A stretch of DNA of 64,000 bases from NCBI GenBank assembly GCA_963920595.1, contig OY986947.1, positions 4,154,001 through 4,218,000 on the forward strand, given 5' to 3'. The position numbers and the translations under genes are program-made. Below are positions 1 through 12,258 of this stretch, piece after piece. Origin of the DNA: Eimeria praecox. Its lineage: Eukaryota. Below the pieces are notes generated by a model. That model saw only the letters and a program-made list of their open reading frames with translations, searched no databases and had not been told where the DNA came from. Position 1 is the first letter of the stretch; every line of letters begins with the position of its first letter.

Positions 1-224
1 ACCCAAAACCCTAAACCCTAAACCCTTGAAGCTTTCATTAACAGTTACCCCTTTTAAAGATCTACATTAATCTCTTAATGTATAGAGAAGAATTTAGATT
101 TAAGGACTTTGCCTCTAGGGTTTAGAGTTGTGCTGTGTTGAGCAGCAGCAACAGCAACAGCAGCAGCAGGAGCAGCAGGAGCAGCAGCAGCAGCTGCTGG
201 CCCAGTGGTTTATCTGCCCTTACA

Positions 225-3014
225 GATGAGCGCGTAGGAAGGAAGTCATAAATCTTAATCTTTAAACACTAAACCCTAAACCCTAAACCCTAAACCCTAA
301 TTTAATTTGCATATTTCATTGTCTTGAGGGTTTAGGGTTTAGGGTTTACGGGTGCTAGCGGGGTCACTCAAGGGTGACGAGAGGCGGCAGCTCGCTGCTG
401 CGGTCGGTGCTGCTGTTGCTGCTGTTGCTGCTGTTGCTGCTGTTGCTGCTATTCTGTATTATTCTCACCAGTCAAATGTATTCGCACTTCGTTGAGCCCA
501 AACCACAAACCCTAAACCCTAAACCCTCCTCTGCAGCCGCTAGCCAAAAACACTAAGACAAATCTTACACAGCAGGTGTGTTGCCAAAAGACCAAAGGCC
601 CTTTGGGTTTCAAGGGTTTAGGGTTTAGGGTTTACGGTCTAGGGCTTGTTGTGTACGGCTTTAGGGAACTGCCCTCAGGCTATAGGGTTTGCGGCCGAGG
701 GTTTAGGGTTTAGTGTTTCGACGAGATCTGTGCATCTAGCCACGGGGTGTATGCTCCGCATCTCTGTTTTGCTGCTGTTTCTCTGTTTCTTCTGCAGCAA
801 CAACAGCAGCAGCGTTTGGAAATGAACAGCAGCAGCAGCAGCAACAACAACAACAGGATGAAGGGGCTAAGAAGCAGCAGACCCTCCTGCAGCAAAGTGG
901 AAGCAGCACAGATGTTTGCTGTTCTTACTGCAGCAGCAGCAGATCAAATAGTTAAGATAACACAAATGCTGCAGGAAGCCCAACAAAATGCTGAAAAGAC
1001 AGAATCCTTATGGGGATATGTAGAAGGATTAAGGTCACACAAACCCTAAACCCTAAGCCCTAAACCCTAAGCCCTAAACCCTAAACCCTAGTGTGTACAC
1101 ACTGTGCCCTACGCTTGAACTCAGAAACCTTAAACCCTAAATGCGAATTTGCAGATCGTTAACATTAACTTAGAAACCCTAAACTCTAAACCCTAAACCC
1201 TAGCTCCTGGCTAGCAAAACCTCAACCCTAAACCCAAAATCACAAACTCTAAACCCTAAACCCTAAGCCCTAGCTCGTAGCTCGCAAGCCCTTAGTAGCC
1301 CTAAGCTCACATATCTCAAACATGCCTGCACCCCCCGAACTGGCTAGTTTGTTGCTCGGTCATCCTAGGGTTTAGGGTTTAGGGTTTAGGGTTTGTGTTG
1401 CCTTCCTATTTAAAGCCCAATTTAAAGGCATCAAAAGAGAGAGTTATCTTCTAAGGAATAAGAAAGCCGTTGAAACAGACAGACTCAGAGCCCTCAGACT
1501 ACAGCTCGCAGCAGGTCAAACCCTAAACCCTAAACCCTAAATCATTCAGGCAGATGAACTCGGCGGTTAGGGTTTAGCTTTCTAGGGTTTAGGGTTTGCT
1601 GCTGCTCCTCTTGAGAACAGCAAGAAAAACAAGAAACAGAAACACAAATCCTGTTTATGAGGCGCCAGACAGAAACCATGTACGCATAACTAAACCCTAA
1701 ACCCTAAACCCTAAACCCTAAACCCTGATGAGCGATCTCCCTGTTCCCCTTGCTGCTGCTGCTGCTGCTGCTGTTGCTGCGCTTCCGGTCTGCCCTTCGC
1801 GTTGTTTGTTGCCTCCTTGCTGCAGCAGCAGCAGTTGGGACCACTGTTCTCAACCTTGCTGCTGCACTTGCTGCTACTGCTGCTGCTGCTGCTGTGCTTC
1901 TTTCTGCTGCTCAGGAAGAGAGAGCAGCGACAGATGAGCCAGGAAATATGCAATCTCGCCCTTCGCATAAGACAAGCTGTAAACCCTAAACCCTACAACA
2001 AACCCCCTTTAGACCTCAAGCGCCACCGTACAGGTTCTAGGGTTTAGGGTTTAGGGTTTAAGGTGTGATTTGAGTTGTGTGTGGCCCTTCACAGCGAGGC
2101 GAAACAGCGAAGAAACACGAGACCTGGCAGGCAAGAGAGCATCACACCAGCAGCAGCAGCAACAGCAACTGCAGCAGCAGCAGCTGCTGCTGCAGCAGCC
2201 ACAGCTGCAACTGCAAATGCAACTGCAGCAGCAGCAGCAGCAAGCAGTGGATGTGAGGTTGCTGCTGCAGACGGCGGCTTCGGAGAAGCATCGTCTGGGG
2301 ATTGAGACAGTTTGTTTTTCTCGAGGGAGACAGAACTTAGAGGTGTCTGTACACCCTAGCATCAAGATAGATTTAATAACACCAGCTCACCTGCTGCTGC
2401 TGCTGCTGCTTTTGCTGCTGCTGCTGTTGCAGCTGCTGTTGCTAATGCTGCTGCTGCTGTTGTTGGTGTTGTATTTTCAGCGGATGAATAAAAAGGAGAA
2501 ACGCGCCCGCATTCAAAACAAGGCAAGGCCTAAACCCTAAACCCTAAACCCTAAACCCCTAGATCCTCATCAACTAGCCCTGTTATTGCACCCACTGTCG
2601 CATCAACTGCTGCTTTTGCTGCTGCTCCTATTGCTGCTGCTGCTATTGCTGCTGCTGCTGCTGCAGAAGAGCATCTCGGAGCTGCACGAGCTTTTCAAGG
2701 AGACGCAGAGGCAACAGGCGTTAAAGACGGATTCTGCAAGCCGCAGGTGCTGCTGCTGTTGCTGCTGTCGCCGGTGCTGCTGCTGCTGCTGCTGCGCAGA
2801 CTTTTCCCTGCTGCTGATCCTGTTGCTGCTGTTGTTTCTGCTGCTGCTCCATGCACTCGTGTGCTTCTGTCTTTGCTGCTGCTGCCTTTGCTGCTGCTGC
2901 TGCTGCTGCTGTTGCTGCTGCAGCTCGTCAACCAAGCGGCCTTCAGATGCCTTGGAAGCGAAACAGCCTGATAAAGGAGAAGAACTTCCTGAGAGCACGC
3001 TGCAGCCAAACTAG
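225..3014 (+). pseudogene. Duplicated, probably splice-damaged copy of a multi-exon coiled-coil hypothetical gene (5' part outside window)
   Basis: Short exons between telomeric/CTG introns join in frame (QMLQEAQQNAEKTESLWGYVEGLR / KREQRQMSQEICNLALRIRQA / RMNKKEKRARIQNK / KSISELHELFKETQRQQ / ...ESTLQPN*). Two acceptors intact in the right copy are altered here (~1406-1418 and 1611-1615). Confidence 0.5.
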
Positions 3015-3640
3015 CTAGCTAGCTGCCTTTGCTGCTAGCTAGCTGTGCCGCCTCAGCTAGCCAAATGCGATGCTAGCTAGCCACAAACCCACTCAGCAAG
3101 CTAGGCGTCCTGTCTGCCTAGCTTTCTTCGCATTCTTCATTTCCCCTGCCTAGCTCGCTAGCTGGCTAGCTAGCTGGCTGGCTAGCGGAGTAATCGCTCA
3201 GTCAGATGCCTAGCTGGCTAACTAGCTAGCTAGCTAGCTCCTAAAGCCCCCAGCAAACAGCTCCCGCAAACTGCTAGCTAGCTAAATGCCAACTCGATGT
3301 ACAGAGCAGATTGCCTCCCTACTGGCTAGCTAGCTAGCTGGCCGCTAGCTAGTCAGTCAGTCATATATATAGATATAGATAGCCCGTCAGCCGGCTAGCT
3401 AGTTAGTTAGCTAGCTAGCTAGCTAGTTAGCTAGCTAGCTATATCCATAGAGGAAGTCGTGGGGCAGTCCCTGGGGGTTGCACCCTCTCCTCTCCTCATT
3501 GGTGCTGCTAGCTCTACAGCTGCCAGGAGCAACAGCTAGCTAGGTAGCTAGCTAGCGATCCAATGAGCCAGCTAGCCAGCTAGCCAGACACGCAGCTAGA
3601 TAGCCAGCTAGCCAGCCACGCAGCTACCTAGCCAGTCAAA
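3012..3640. repeat. (GCTA/AGCT)n-rich tetranucleotide block
   Basis: Dense gctagctagcta runs; mirrored at ~22235-22880. Confidence 0.9.
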
Positions 3641-3867
3641 CAGACAGGAGGCTGAAGGAAGACTCCAAGCAAAGTCGAACGGGCCAGCTTCAACCTTAGT
3701 ACACAACGCCGTATCCTGCTGCTGCTGCTGCTGCAGCTGTCGCGCAAGTACTGTTTGCTGCTGAAACAGAAGCAGCAGCTGCTGCTACTACCTCCACTCC
3801 CCTCCCGCGCCTGCAGCCGTAGCTAAGTCAAGCCGACGCCCACGTTCCGCTGGGGGCCTGCTGCTGT

Positions 3868-3902
<35 letters not shown>

Positions 3903-4188
3903 ATAGGTGTTAGAGCTTTTGCTTGTGCCAGAGAACAACCAAACACCGCAGCACCACAGAGAGGGGAGGGCGCTGCATAGGTGGGAGGGGGCGGCCAGGG
4001 GGCGATACAACCAAAACTCTTGCAAATTCCTGGTTCTTCTTCATGATGAATGATTTTGCTGCTTCTTCTTTTGCTGCTGCTGCTACTGCTGCTGCTGCTG
4101 CTGCTGTTGCAGGCGAATCGAGAGATCTATCGGAGTCTGAGTCACTCACAAATACAGTAGATTGCTGCTGCCACGGCAGCAGACAAAT

Positions 4189-4220
<32 letters not shown>

Positions 4221-4614
4221 ATAGGGTTGCTGCTGTGTCTGATGAAGCATTGCTGCAGCACATCCCACCCTCTTGCAGCTGTTGTTGTTGTTGCTGCTGC
4301 TGCTGCTGCTGCTGTTCCTGCTGCTGCTGTGCGCAAGACATCACAACTGTGCCGCTTCCAAATCTACTGAGGCTCCTGGCAACAAGTGCTGCAAAGTAGC
4401 AGCAGACACAGCAGCATTTGCTGCTGTTGCTGTTCTTGCTGCTATTTTTAATTATAGCAGCAGCACCTGCTGCTGTCCCTCGTTGCTGTTGCGTAGAGGG
4501 TTAGATGCAGTCTCCCTGCTGCAGTAACAGCTTCAAACACTATTAACACAGGGATTGGGGGTTATTAGCAGATTCTGTTGAGTGAAACCCTCGAAAAATA
4601 AACAAAAAAAAGGA

Positions 4615-4685
4615 AGCCGAGGAAGACACTCAAACTGGAGACCACGAGGCTACGAGCCTCGTCCCCTACCAACAAACACATCGCC
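4615..4685 (-). pseudogene. Decayed tRNA-Lys copy
   Basis: agccgaggaagacactcaaactggagaccacgaggctacgagcctcgtcccctaccaacaaacacatcgcc aligns to the reverse complement of the intact tRNA-Lys. The anticodon stem (CGAGG/CCTCG) is intact; D and T arms are broken. Confidence 0.85.
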
Positions 4686-5179
4686 GACGGCCTAACCCTA
4701 AACACCAAACCCTAATCCCTAAACCCTAAACCCTAAACCCTAAACCCCACAACCAGAAATACAAACCCTCAATAAATTACAAAGGGAATAGATTCTGATA
4801 ATGCCAGATATATATTGAAGGCAATATCTTATCTGCCGCTCTCTGCTGCTGCGCTGCTTTGAGCTCCTTCGCTGCTGCTGCTGCTGCAGTTGCTGCAGTT
4901 GGTACTACTGCTGCTGCTGCTGCTGTAGAATGCAACAGGCTTAGTGTGTTGTGCCTTCTCAGTGCTTCCTTCTCAGTATCTGCTCTCCTTGTCTGTTGAT
5001 TGCTGCTTAGCAGCTAATACTGCAGTAAACACGCGTAGTACAAAATATACTCGAGAAGCAATAATGCCGTAGAAAGATATTAATAATGCTTAGGGAGTTA
5101 TATCGATGCTGGGGGGTTTGTGCTGCTTTCCCTTGATAAACAATTGGGCTGCAGGGCGAGTCGCTCACCGTAGGGGAGG

Positions 5180-5850
5180 ACTGTATAATAGCTGCAGTTG
5201 AGTCCCGGCACTTAGTTAAAAGCCTCCTAGGGACAGCTTGTAGCTTCGTCAGCGAAGTAGTCGCATGCATGTCTGCCCGTGTTCTAATCAGTGGAGGATA
5301 GGGGGCTCTAATGGTGGCTAGACACTGCAAAGTTGTCTAAGATGCCCTTTTCTGGGGATCGCAATCACACCGCTACATCTAGCGCTTTGGCTGAGCAGCC
5401 GCAGCTACTCTCCTAATGGCGCTTTCATCGTCTACAGGAAGAAGAGCAGAGCGAAGGCCCCAAGGGGAAAGGGACGAGGATGCTCCTACGCAGTGCAGAG
5501 GCACTTGAGGTAACGAAGGGGAAATACATGCACACTGTCCTGAGAGTCCTGAGAAGAACGCGATTTTGGGATGCTCAGTTCGGTTAATACCGAAGAAACA
5601 CCAAGAAGAAGTACAAGTGGGCACAGTTGAAGGAAGGGTCCTCTAATTTGTTAAATAACCAGGAACATCGTGCTGGCCCCCCATGTTCCACATTCATTCC
5701 ATACCTGGAGAGGCCCCAAGTCTTGTTCAAAGATACCGGGGAGCACCACGCCTTGAAGAAAAGATTGAGAGTCAAATAGACGAGCTGGAAAGGCATCGGA
5801 AGGTGAGCCGCCAGGTGTCGAGTTTAGGCACAATTCGGTGGTCTCGAAGA
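5180..5850 (+). mobile_element. Degenerate Ty3/Gypsy pol fragment (aspartic protease-like plus RT N-terminal region)
   Basis: LVKSLLGTACSFVSEVVA from 5212 resembles the ALLDTGAxxSFIS protease motif with the catalytic D lost. HIHSIPGEAPSLVQRYRGAPRLEEKIESQIDEL resembles the pre-RT segment of Gypsy pol. Confidence 0.55.
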
Positions 5851-6915
5851 ATAGGGGCAGGAAAGGGAGCATGAGCGGGCCAGATCCTAACCGAATCCTC
5901 CAAGCAGACTGCTATCTAGCAGCCAGTACAGCTAATCACCTAGCTAGTCAACTAGCTAGCAGCATCCATAGAGGCCAGTGCAGACGAGCTGTCAGCAACT
6001 TTGCCCTCTCTCCTCACCCTTGGAAGCCAGCTCGACAGCTGCCTACACATAAAGTGCCCAAGTGGCTAGCTTGCTAGCTAACCAGCTAGAAGCCTGGCTA
6101 ACCAGACAGTCAGACGGCCAGCTGACTGAAGGAACACTGCAAGCAAAGTTAAATAGGTTAGCAACACTCTTAGCACACAACGTCAGATCCTGAGAATCCT
6201 CCTATTGCTACTGCAGCTCCTGCTTGATGCGCAGCCATTGTGCATGAACGCTTGCTGCCGTAGATGCAGCAGCACCTACTGCTACTGCCGCATCCAAGAA
6301 TTGCTGCATTGAGATATTGGGCTGCTACGTCTGTCTCCGTCAAAATCTGCGCCGCAGCAGCAGCAACAACAGGGACATCAGCACGAGCAGTCTAGGCAGC
6401 GCCTGCGGCTCGCAGAATCCGCCTGGGGAGATTCTACAGGCTGCCGCTCCTTGAAATGTTAGTGCAATTCCGGCGTTCTCTTCTGGTGCGGAAGCTGCTC
6501 AGCAGCAGCACAAGCAGCAGTTGCTGCGGCAGTGAGTGCAGAAGCGATGCTGATCAAGGGCATAGGTTTTAGGGTTTAGAGCTTAACGTCCTCCGGAGGT
6601 GAGTTTGTCTCTCCTTTTGTTCACCCGATGAAACCACAGCAAGCAGAAGCAGCACCAGTATTATCACCTTCAGCAGGAGCATCGTTAGCATCATCACTAG
6701 CAACGGCAGCAGTTGTAGCATCAGAATTTGCTGCAGCACCAGCAGCAAAAGCACGCTGGCTGGAGGTATTGTGTGGGCCACATGTTGGTGTGACCACTAA
6801 GTTTAGTCAGGTGCCTGAACAACAACCCATCTGCATCCTCACTCGATGCTTCTCTGAGTCGCTATCCGCAGCAACATGTGCAAACGCACAGTGTGCTGCT
6901 TGTCGTGGTGCATTC

Positions 6916-6988
6916 GCCGATGTAGCTCAGTCGGTAGAGCGCGAGGCTCTTAACCTCGTGGTCGCGGGTTCGAGCCCCGTCGTCGGCT
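6916..6988 (+). tRNA. tRNA-Lys (anticodon CTT)
   Basis: 73-nt cloverleaf: GCCGATG TA GCTC AGTCGGTA GAGC G CGAGG CT CTT AA CCTCG TGGTC GCGGG TTCGAGC CCCGT CGTCGGC T. Confidence 0.97.
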
Positions 6989-7629
6989 GTTTTGCCTCTA
7001 ATCCGAGCGTCTGCATGGGCCTTTACTCATTAGCGTTTGCAAGTAACACGCAGGCTGTGTGCCGTGAGGGTTTGAACTTGCCGCAGCAGCCGGAAAGCTG
7101 CAGCTAAGCGTCTCCACCAGCCAGCAGCAGCAGCATCTGGCAGCAAAAAGCTGCTGCTGCAGTATAGCTACTGTAAGGATTTTGAGGTGTTCCGCAGAAA
7201 GGTTCAAGAACATGCAACAGCAACTACAGAGACGGTATCAACTTCACTAGAAGTAGCAGCAGGAATCCGTCGGCTGCCTTGGCAGGAGCACTCGACCTGT
7301 TGGCAAGTGTTCATGTGCGCCCGTTACCAGGGAGTGGAGAGGGCGGAGCATCTATTTAGTGCAGCATTGCCTCTGCTAATGCATCTAGCCCAGGTTCTTC
7401 CTTCGCTACCTGTATTGGGGATGCCGACCTTGGGGAACTGTCAGAGCCAGAGTCACCGGCAAAAAAATGGACTGCTTCTGTCAAGGCAGCAGGCAGGTGC
7501 CCACTGCTGTTTCTCCTGTATCTGATGGAGTGGCCTAATGATGCATTACTCTCGTTTCGATTCTCCATATTTGTCCGAAATCCTCCATTACTAATTGGGA
7601 GCCGAAGTTTGTCATCGCCTGCTAATGCG

Positions 7630-8045
7630 AATTCTTGCCATGGCCACTAATCACTAGAGGCTGGCGGTCACACTGGATGATCCAATATTACGCATGCACA
7701 ATATTTAGGGCCCTTCTGAAGTTCATAGAACTACCCTCGATTCCCCTTCTCGTGCGGAATCGATGCATAAACAACAGTGCACTCTTCGAACCGAAGCTCT
7801 CCGGCGTCCCTGGTCTACACAGAAACGCCATAGTCTGTTCGGACATTGGAGCTCTTTTGCGTCACCCAGCCATGCAGCCTCTCACGCCGCTACAGCTTGC
7901 TGCAGCTTCGCGATGTATGAACAAAGCACTGGAACGCGTGTAGACCAATTACGATGAACGATACCCGGATGCTATATTTAACTTTGCCGCCCTGGTTTTA
8001 GAGGATTTGGAAGCTTTGCAGGGCACGCTGGATGAAAGGTAGCAG
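7630..8045 (+). mobile_element. Degenerate Ty3/Gypsy reverse transcriptase fragment
   Basis: CTIFRALLKFIELPSIPL resembles CIDYRALNK..YPLP. AASRCMNKALERV*TNYDERYPDAIF resembles FQRxMN...YLDDIL. Contains stops and frameshifts. Confidence 0.55.
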
Positions 8046-9399
8046 ACGAACTGCATCATGCCTTGGATAGGGATGCTTGCTGTTCGTTTTTGAGTCAGCG
8101 CATTGGCTTAAATTGCTGGTTTATCCCCAGCGTGGAGATGACACAGCATAACTAATGCCAGTTTCCTAAAGTGACTAAATCTCTGGAATGCTCTTCAACT
8201 CTTCCCGGCAGCACCGTCTTTGGGAACTGGAGGACATGGAGGGGGTGGGATCCTGGACACATATATAAAGAAGCAAACGGCTCCCTAAAGACAGACAGGG
8301 ATTGTGTGCGTTAAATGCCCAGGAAACCGACAAAACGAATTTATTTCCAAGACTCGCTTATGCGAAGCTTTTCATTAGGAGCATCTACGTGCACTCCTCC
8401 GTTTAGTGAGGGAGCACAAGCTTGTGCACGCGCGCAGCAGCACAAATTTGTGTCGCGTGAAACTTGCTGTTGGCATTTACTCTGTCATGCGTACAAGGGA
8501 GCCCGTTCCTCCACATATATACCTGTTATCCAGCGCTGACAGTGAAGTGCGCTACCTCCTTCATCTACTGCTGCCTTGGAGCTGCTGACAGCGCTTTTAC
8601 TCTCATGCTTTGAGGCAGGGCTCAGCTAGACACCTCCATCAAGCTCACATTGTTTTTGCGTGCTTGCAGCGGTTCACTGCTTTTTTGCCTAGGTGGGCAT
8701 TCAAGCATCTAAAGGCGTCTCCTAACCACGAGGCAGAAAAGGAGAATTGTTGTGACGACCTGAGGCAGGCCCGGGCTGCAAATTGGATATGCGGTTGGCA
8801 GTTCTGTTCGATGTGTAGCAGTACAACTAGTTGCCATCCGTGCACCCTGCTTGGTGTGTGTGTGTGCTCGCTAGCTTAGCGCTAGCTTCCGGGTGCTTTG
8901 TGGTGCTCTTGTTAAGAGTGGTGTTGAGTAACGCCATGAGTTTGCTCCTGGCCACGCTAGTGAGATTCAATTCCCTGTCATTTATGACGCTGTGGAAGAG
9001 CTAGTGCAGCTTCCGCACTCCTTATGCTGCAACGGAACTTGAACTGCGAGTGGAGTGCGCAATGTTTCTTAGCTTCTGCAACAACACGAATGCTGCTGCA
9101 GCCTCTCCCTGACTGCTAATAAACTCACTATGGCATCTATCGAGATAGAGTCCATATCTACTCAGGCGCCGGAGTTGTGCATTCGCCCAGCGTGATCTGA
9201 AACTCTTTCACAGTGCTAGCGGTGAGAGTCCGGAGAAATCAGCTTAAGGGTATATCCTCGGCTGAGAACAACCTGGCAACCCTCACCACTTTTGCGTTGA
9301 CGTCACCGTGGCTTTTTAAAAAAGACTAATCATGGGCTTTGTGGACAAGTAATTTAGAGGGCGTGGCTTGAATATACGCATGATATCGTCAGCCACAAA

Positions 9400-9800
9400 G
9401 GAATAACACCTTACGTGCTGTAGTGCTTAACCCGTAACCTGATGCTGAGCTTGGCAAGAGTCACAGGGGTTTGAGTATCTTGGGAGCAAACTGAATGCGC
9501 AATACACAAAACGGAAACAATAAAACGTAAGCGCAGTAGCCGGGCACACTCCCCCACCGCCAGTGTATTGAAAGAATGCATCAGCGGCATTCCCGCGGTA
9601 AGCGAAAGCGGTTCATCCATGATCCGCTTCATCCATGCTTATACCTAGCATCTCATCATTGATTTGACTCAGAAATCCGTAATTTATTTGTCTATCCAGT
9701 TCCGCATATGCATTTACGAGCCCAAGCAGCGCACAGGCTTGGTCCAAAGGGGTCGGGAATCTCTCAAGGATTCGGGTTTTGGGATTACAGGCAGGTTCTA
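9400..9800 (-). mobile_element. Degenerate Gypsy integrase core fragment
   Basis: NYGFLSQI...GISMD resembles PxGLLQPL...ISMDF. MHSFNTLAVGECARLLRLRFI...SVCSQD...LRVKHYST resembles HF..TA.E.A.LL..R....SIVSDRD...LG.KH..ST. Confidence 0.5.
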
Positions 9801-9884
9801 TAGAGTAAAGCCCTCGGGAAGTACACGAAGTGAAGAGAACAGGCAACAACAGGTGTCGAAGGTGCGCAAATGAAGGGGAAGAAA

Positions 9885-9957
9885 AGCCGACGACGGGGCT
9901 CGAACCCGCGACCACGAGGTTAAGAGCCTCGCGCTCTACCGACTGAGCTACATCGGC
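9885..9957 (-). tRNA. tRNA-Lys (CTT)
   Basis: Exact reverse complement of the 6916-6988 copy; followed by TTTT. Confidence 0.97.
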
Positions 9958-10214
9958 GACGGCGCCGCCTCAAAAGCCTAAACCCTAAACCCAACACCAC
10001 AGAACGCCGTCTCCAAGCCCTAATGTCGATAAGCAAAGTGCTTACTTCTGGCAACGCTAGAAGCATCCCAAAGGCCTTTCTAGGGGGAGCGTTAGCCCAC
10101 CCTTTCAGGGGAATCTCGCCTGCCCTGCTGTTGTTGCTGCGGCTGATCCATGAACCCAGTTTGTCTCCCTATCGGACGCTTCGCCACACGCAACAGCCCA
10201 GTAAGTCCCTGTCT

Positions 10215-11250
10215 ATTTTTCACTCTGTTAGCGTCTCTTACATGCACCTTAGATCTTTTCGCCCAAGTGGCCACAAATAGCATACAGGACATCCCAGGAG
10301 TGTACTCTCCAGGATACATTCTTCGGGCATGCCGAGTAAGACAGAGCTGCGGCGGATTGTCGCATGCGGCACGGTAAGAAACCAGTAGAAGAGCTTCTAT
10401 TGCATGCATTAGCTGGTGTAGAAACAGCGTAGACAGCAACAAAAACACCATCACCATGCGACCAATGTGCCACTAACTCTAGCTGCAATCCTCGGCCTTA
10501 GCCCAGGACTGTAGGGTGCTGGAAGAGGGTCAAAATATATAACAACGGGTTCTCCGAAATCAGTCTGCTTCTCCTTCAGTATCCAAGGTTTGCGCATGCA
10601 GCAGCTCAAGGACTTAGGGCTGGTTCAGTGAGGACGCATTCGGCCATGGGCTGCAGCATTGCTTGCTTTAAGTCTTGCTGCACGTCAACCCATGTGTAAG
10701 CAGGCAACTGTCTCCTTTGAATACGTGAATTAATCATGGGAACAGTATTTCAAGATATTCTTGACCCTCACCAGGCATCATCCCCTGTGCTAGAAATATA
10801 TGCACTAAAATCGTACAGAATATGCAGCCTCTGCCCGCCTGACGCTCCCTAAACAGCAGACATCGTTGTGTGCATTGGTGTGCATTAGGGATGGGCTCAC
10901 TGAAGAAGAGGCAGGAGGCCACAAGGGAGGCCATATCCCGAGAGCCACAACAGAAAAGCAGAATAGACGAGAGGGAATAAGTGAGCTGCTTTTGCTTGTG
11001 CTTCTGCCGATATTGCACATATTTGCTGCTGCTGCTGTTGATGATGATGATGGCATGCGTCTGCTCCCAGCCCTTGAAGTGGCTTGATCGCTGGCTGCTT
11101 TGGCCGCATAATCCTTTCGTGAGTTGAGATCAGCGTTTTGGTGCGGGCATCTCAGTCTAGACAAAAGCAATCAATGAACTGCCTCCGATGGGCACCCTAA
11201 CGACGCGAGTGCAAGGGGCATCAGCCCAGTCTCAAAGGCAAAGTAGGCAG
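10215..11250 (-). mobile_element. Highly degenerate Gypsy RT C-terminal / RNase H fragment
   Basis: Read with frameshifts from mirror 16240-17270: FETGLMPLAL (~FEx.MPFGL), YSVRF (~YYRRF), EPVVIYF (~RPVAYF), QLELVA..AWWWCF (~EKELLA...WRxYL), RHARR (~RQARW), VRDANR (~VADALSR). Motifs are in pol order. Confidence 0.35.
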
Positions 11251-12258
11251 CTACTTAGATAACTACTTAGCCCCTCAGACAGAGCAGTGAAAGAGTATTT
11301 TAGTCAAAGTTGAAGGGGCTAACTTCACTTCGGGTGCACAGCGTCAAACATTTGGTATCGACCTACTGATGTTCCAGTTACAGCTACAGTTGTTGTGCAT
11401 GCAGCACTTCTTGCTGCTCATAGTAGAGCGCATACTGTTGGTACCGTGTCCCCGAAGACTCAGATTGTGCTGTTGAATATATCGCCTTTGCTAGTCAGAG
11501 CTCATCCTCCGCTAAAGGCGTGCTGCTGCGTCTGTTGCTGCTGGTTCTTGTCACTATTTGTAGGAGTCTATGGTTGCTGTCTGTTTCAGATAGCAACTAA
11601 ACACTGCGGCAAGACAGCAAGCGGGGGACGTTTCACTGGTGGGAGACGAGCGCCACGGAGAGACACAGCTAAAGCTTTAGCGTCGTTGTGCTTCAGGTCG
11701 ACGAGGCATGATTTCATAGGTCTTTTCTTCCCTGTTGCTGCTGCTACTGCCGAGTCGGGGTATCTGTCAGAGCCAGAGTCATGCACAGAAGCAATGGAGT
11801 GCTGCTGCGAAGACAGCAGGCAGATGCTCTCTGCTGCTTCCCGATAATCTTGCTGCTTGTGGGATTGCTGCTGTGTATCCTGCAGCCTTGTTGCTGAACT
11901 CCCCAAAATTCTGCAGGTCGTGTTGAGGAAAAAACATTTCAACCGTGCGGTATCCTGCTCCTTTGCAGCACCAAGTGCAAATAGTGCAGCTCACACAGAA
12001 GCACCACCAACTGTTTCTCCTGCTGCATTTGTCGATGCATTTACCCTCGCTTCCCCTCATAAATGCCGCGAGTCTGGGCAACAGCAGCAACACCTGTTGC
12101 TCCTGCAACGTGCTGCTGCTGCTGGTTGCCTGAAGGGCCTAACAGCTGCCTTTCTGCAGCAACAACAACTTAAAGACGTTCTGGGCATAAGGTTTGGGGG
12201 ACCCTGACAGGTGATATTGAATTAAGAAGCCCGAAACATGGACAAGCTTCGATGGAAC

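Noticed and set aside
1..350. Chromosome end / true telomere
   Set aside because: AAACCCT runs are short, occur in both orientations and are scattered through introns across the window.
6988..6988. U73 discriminator base as an unusual tRNA-Lys feature
   Set aside because: U73 also occurs in other eukaryotic tRNA-Lys(CUU), such as budding yeast; not evidence of recoding.
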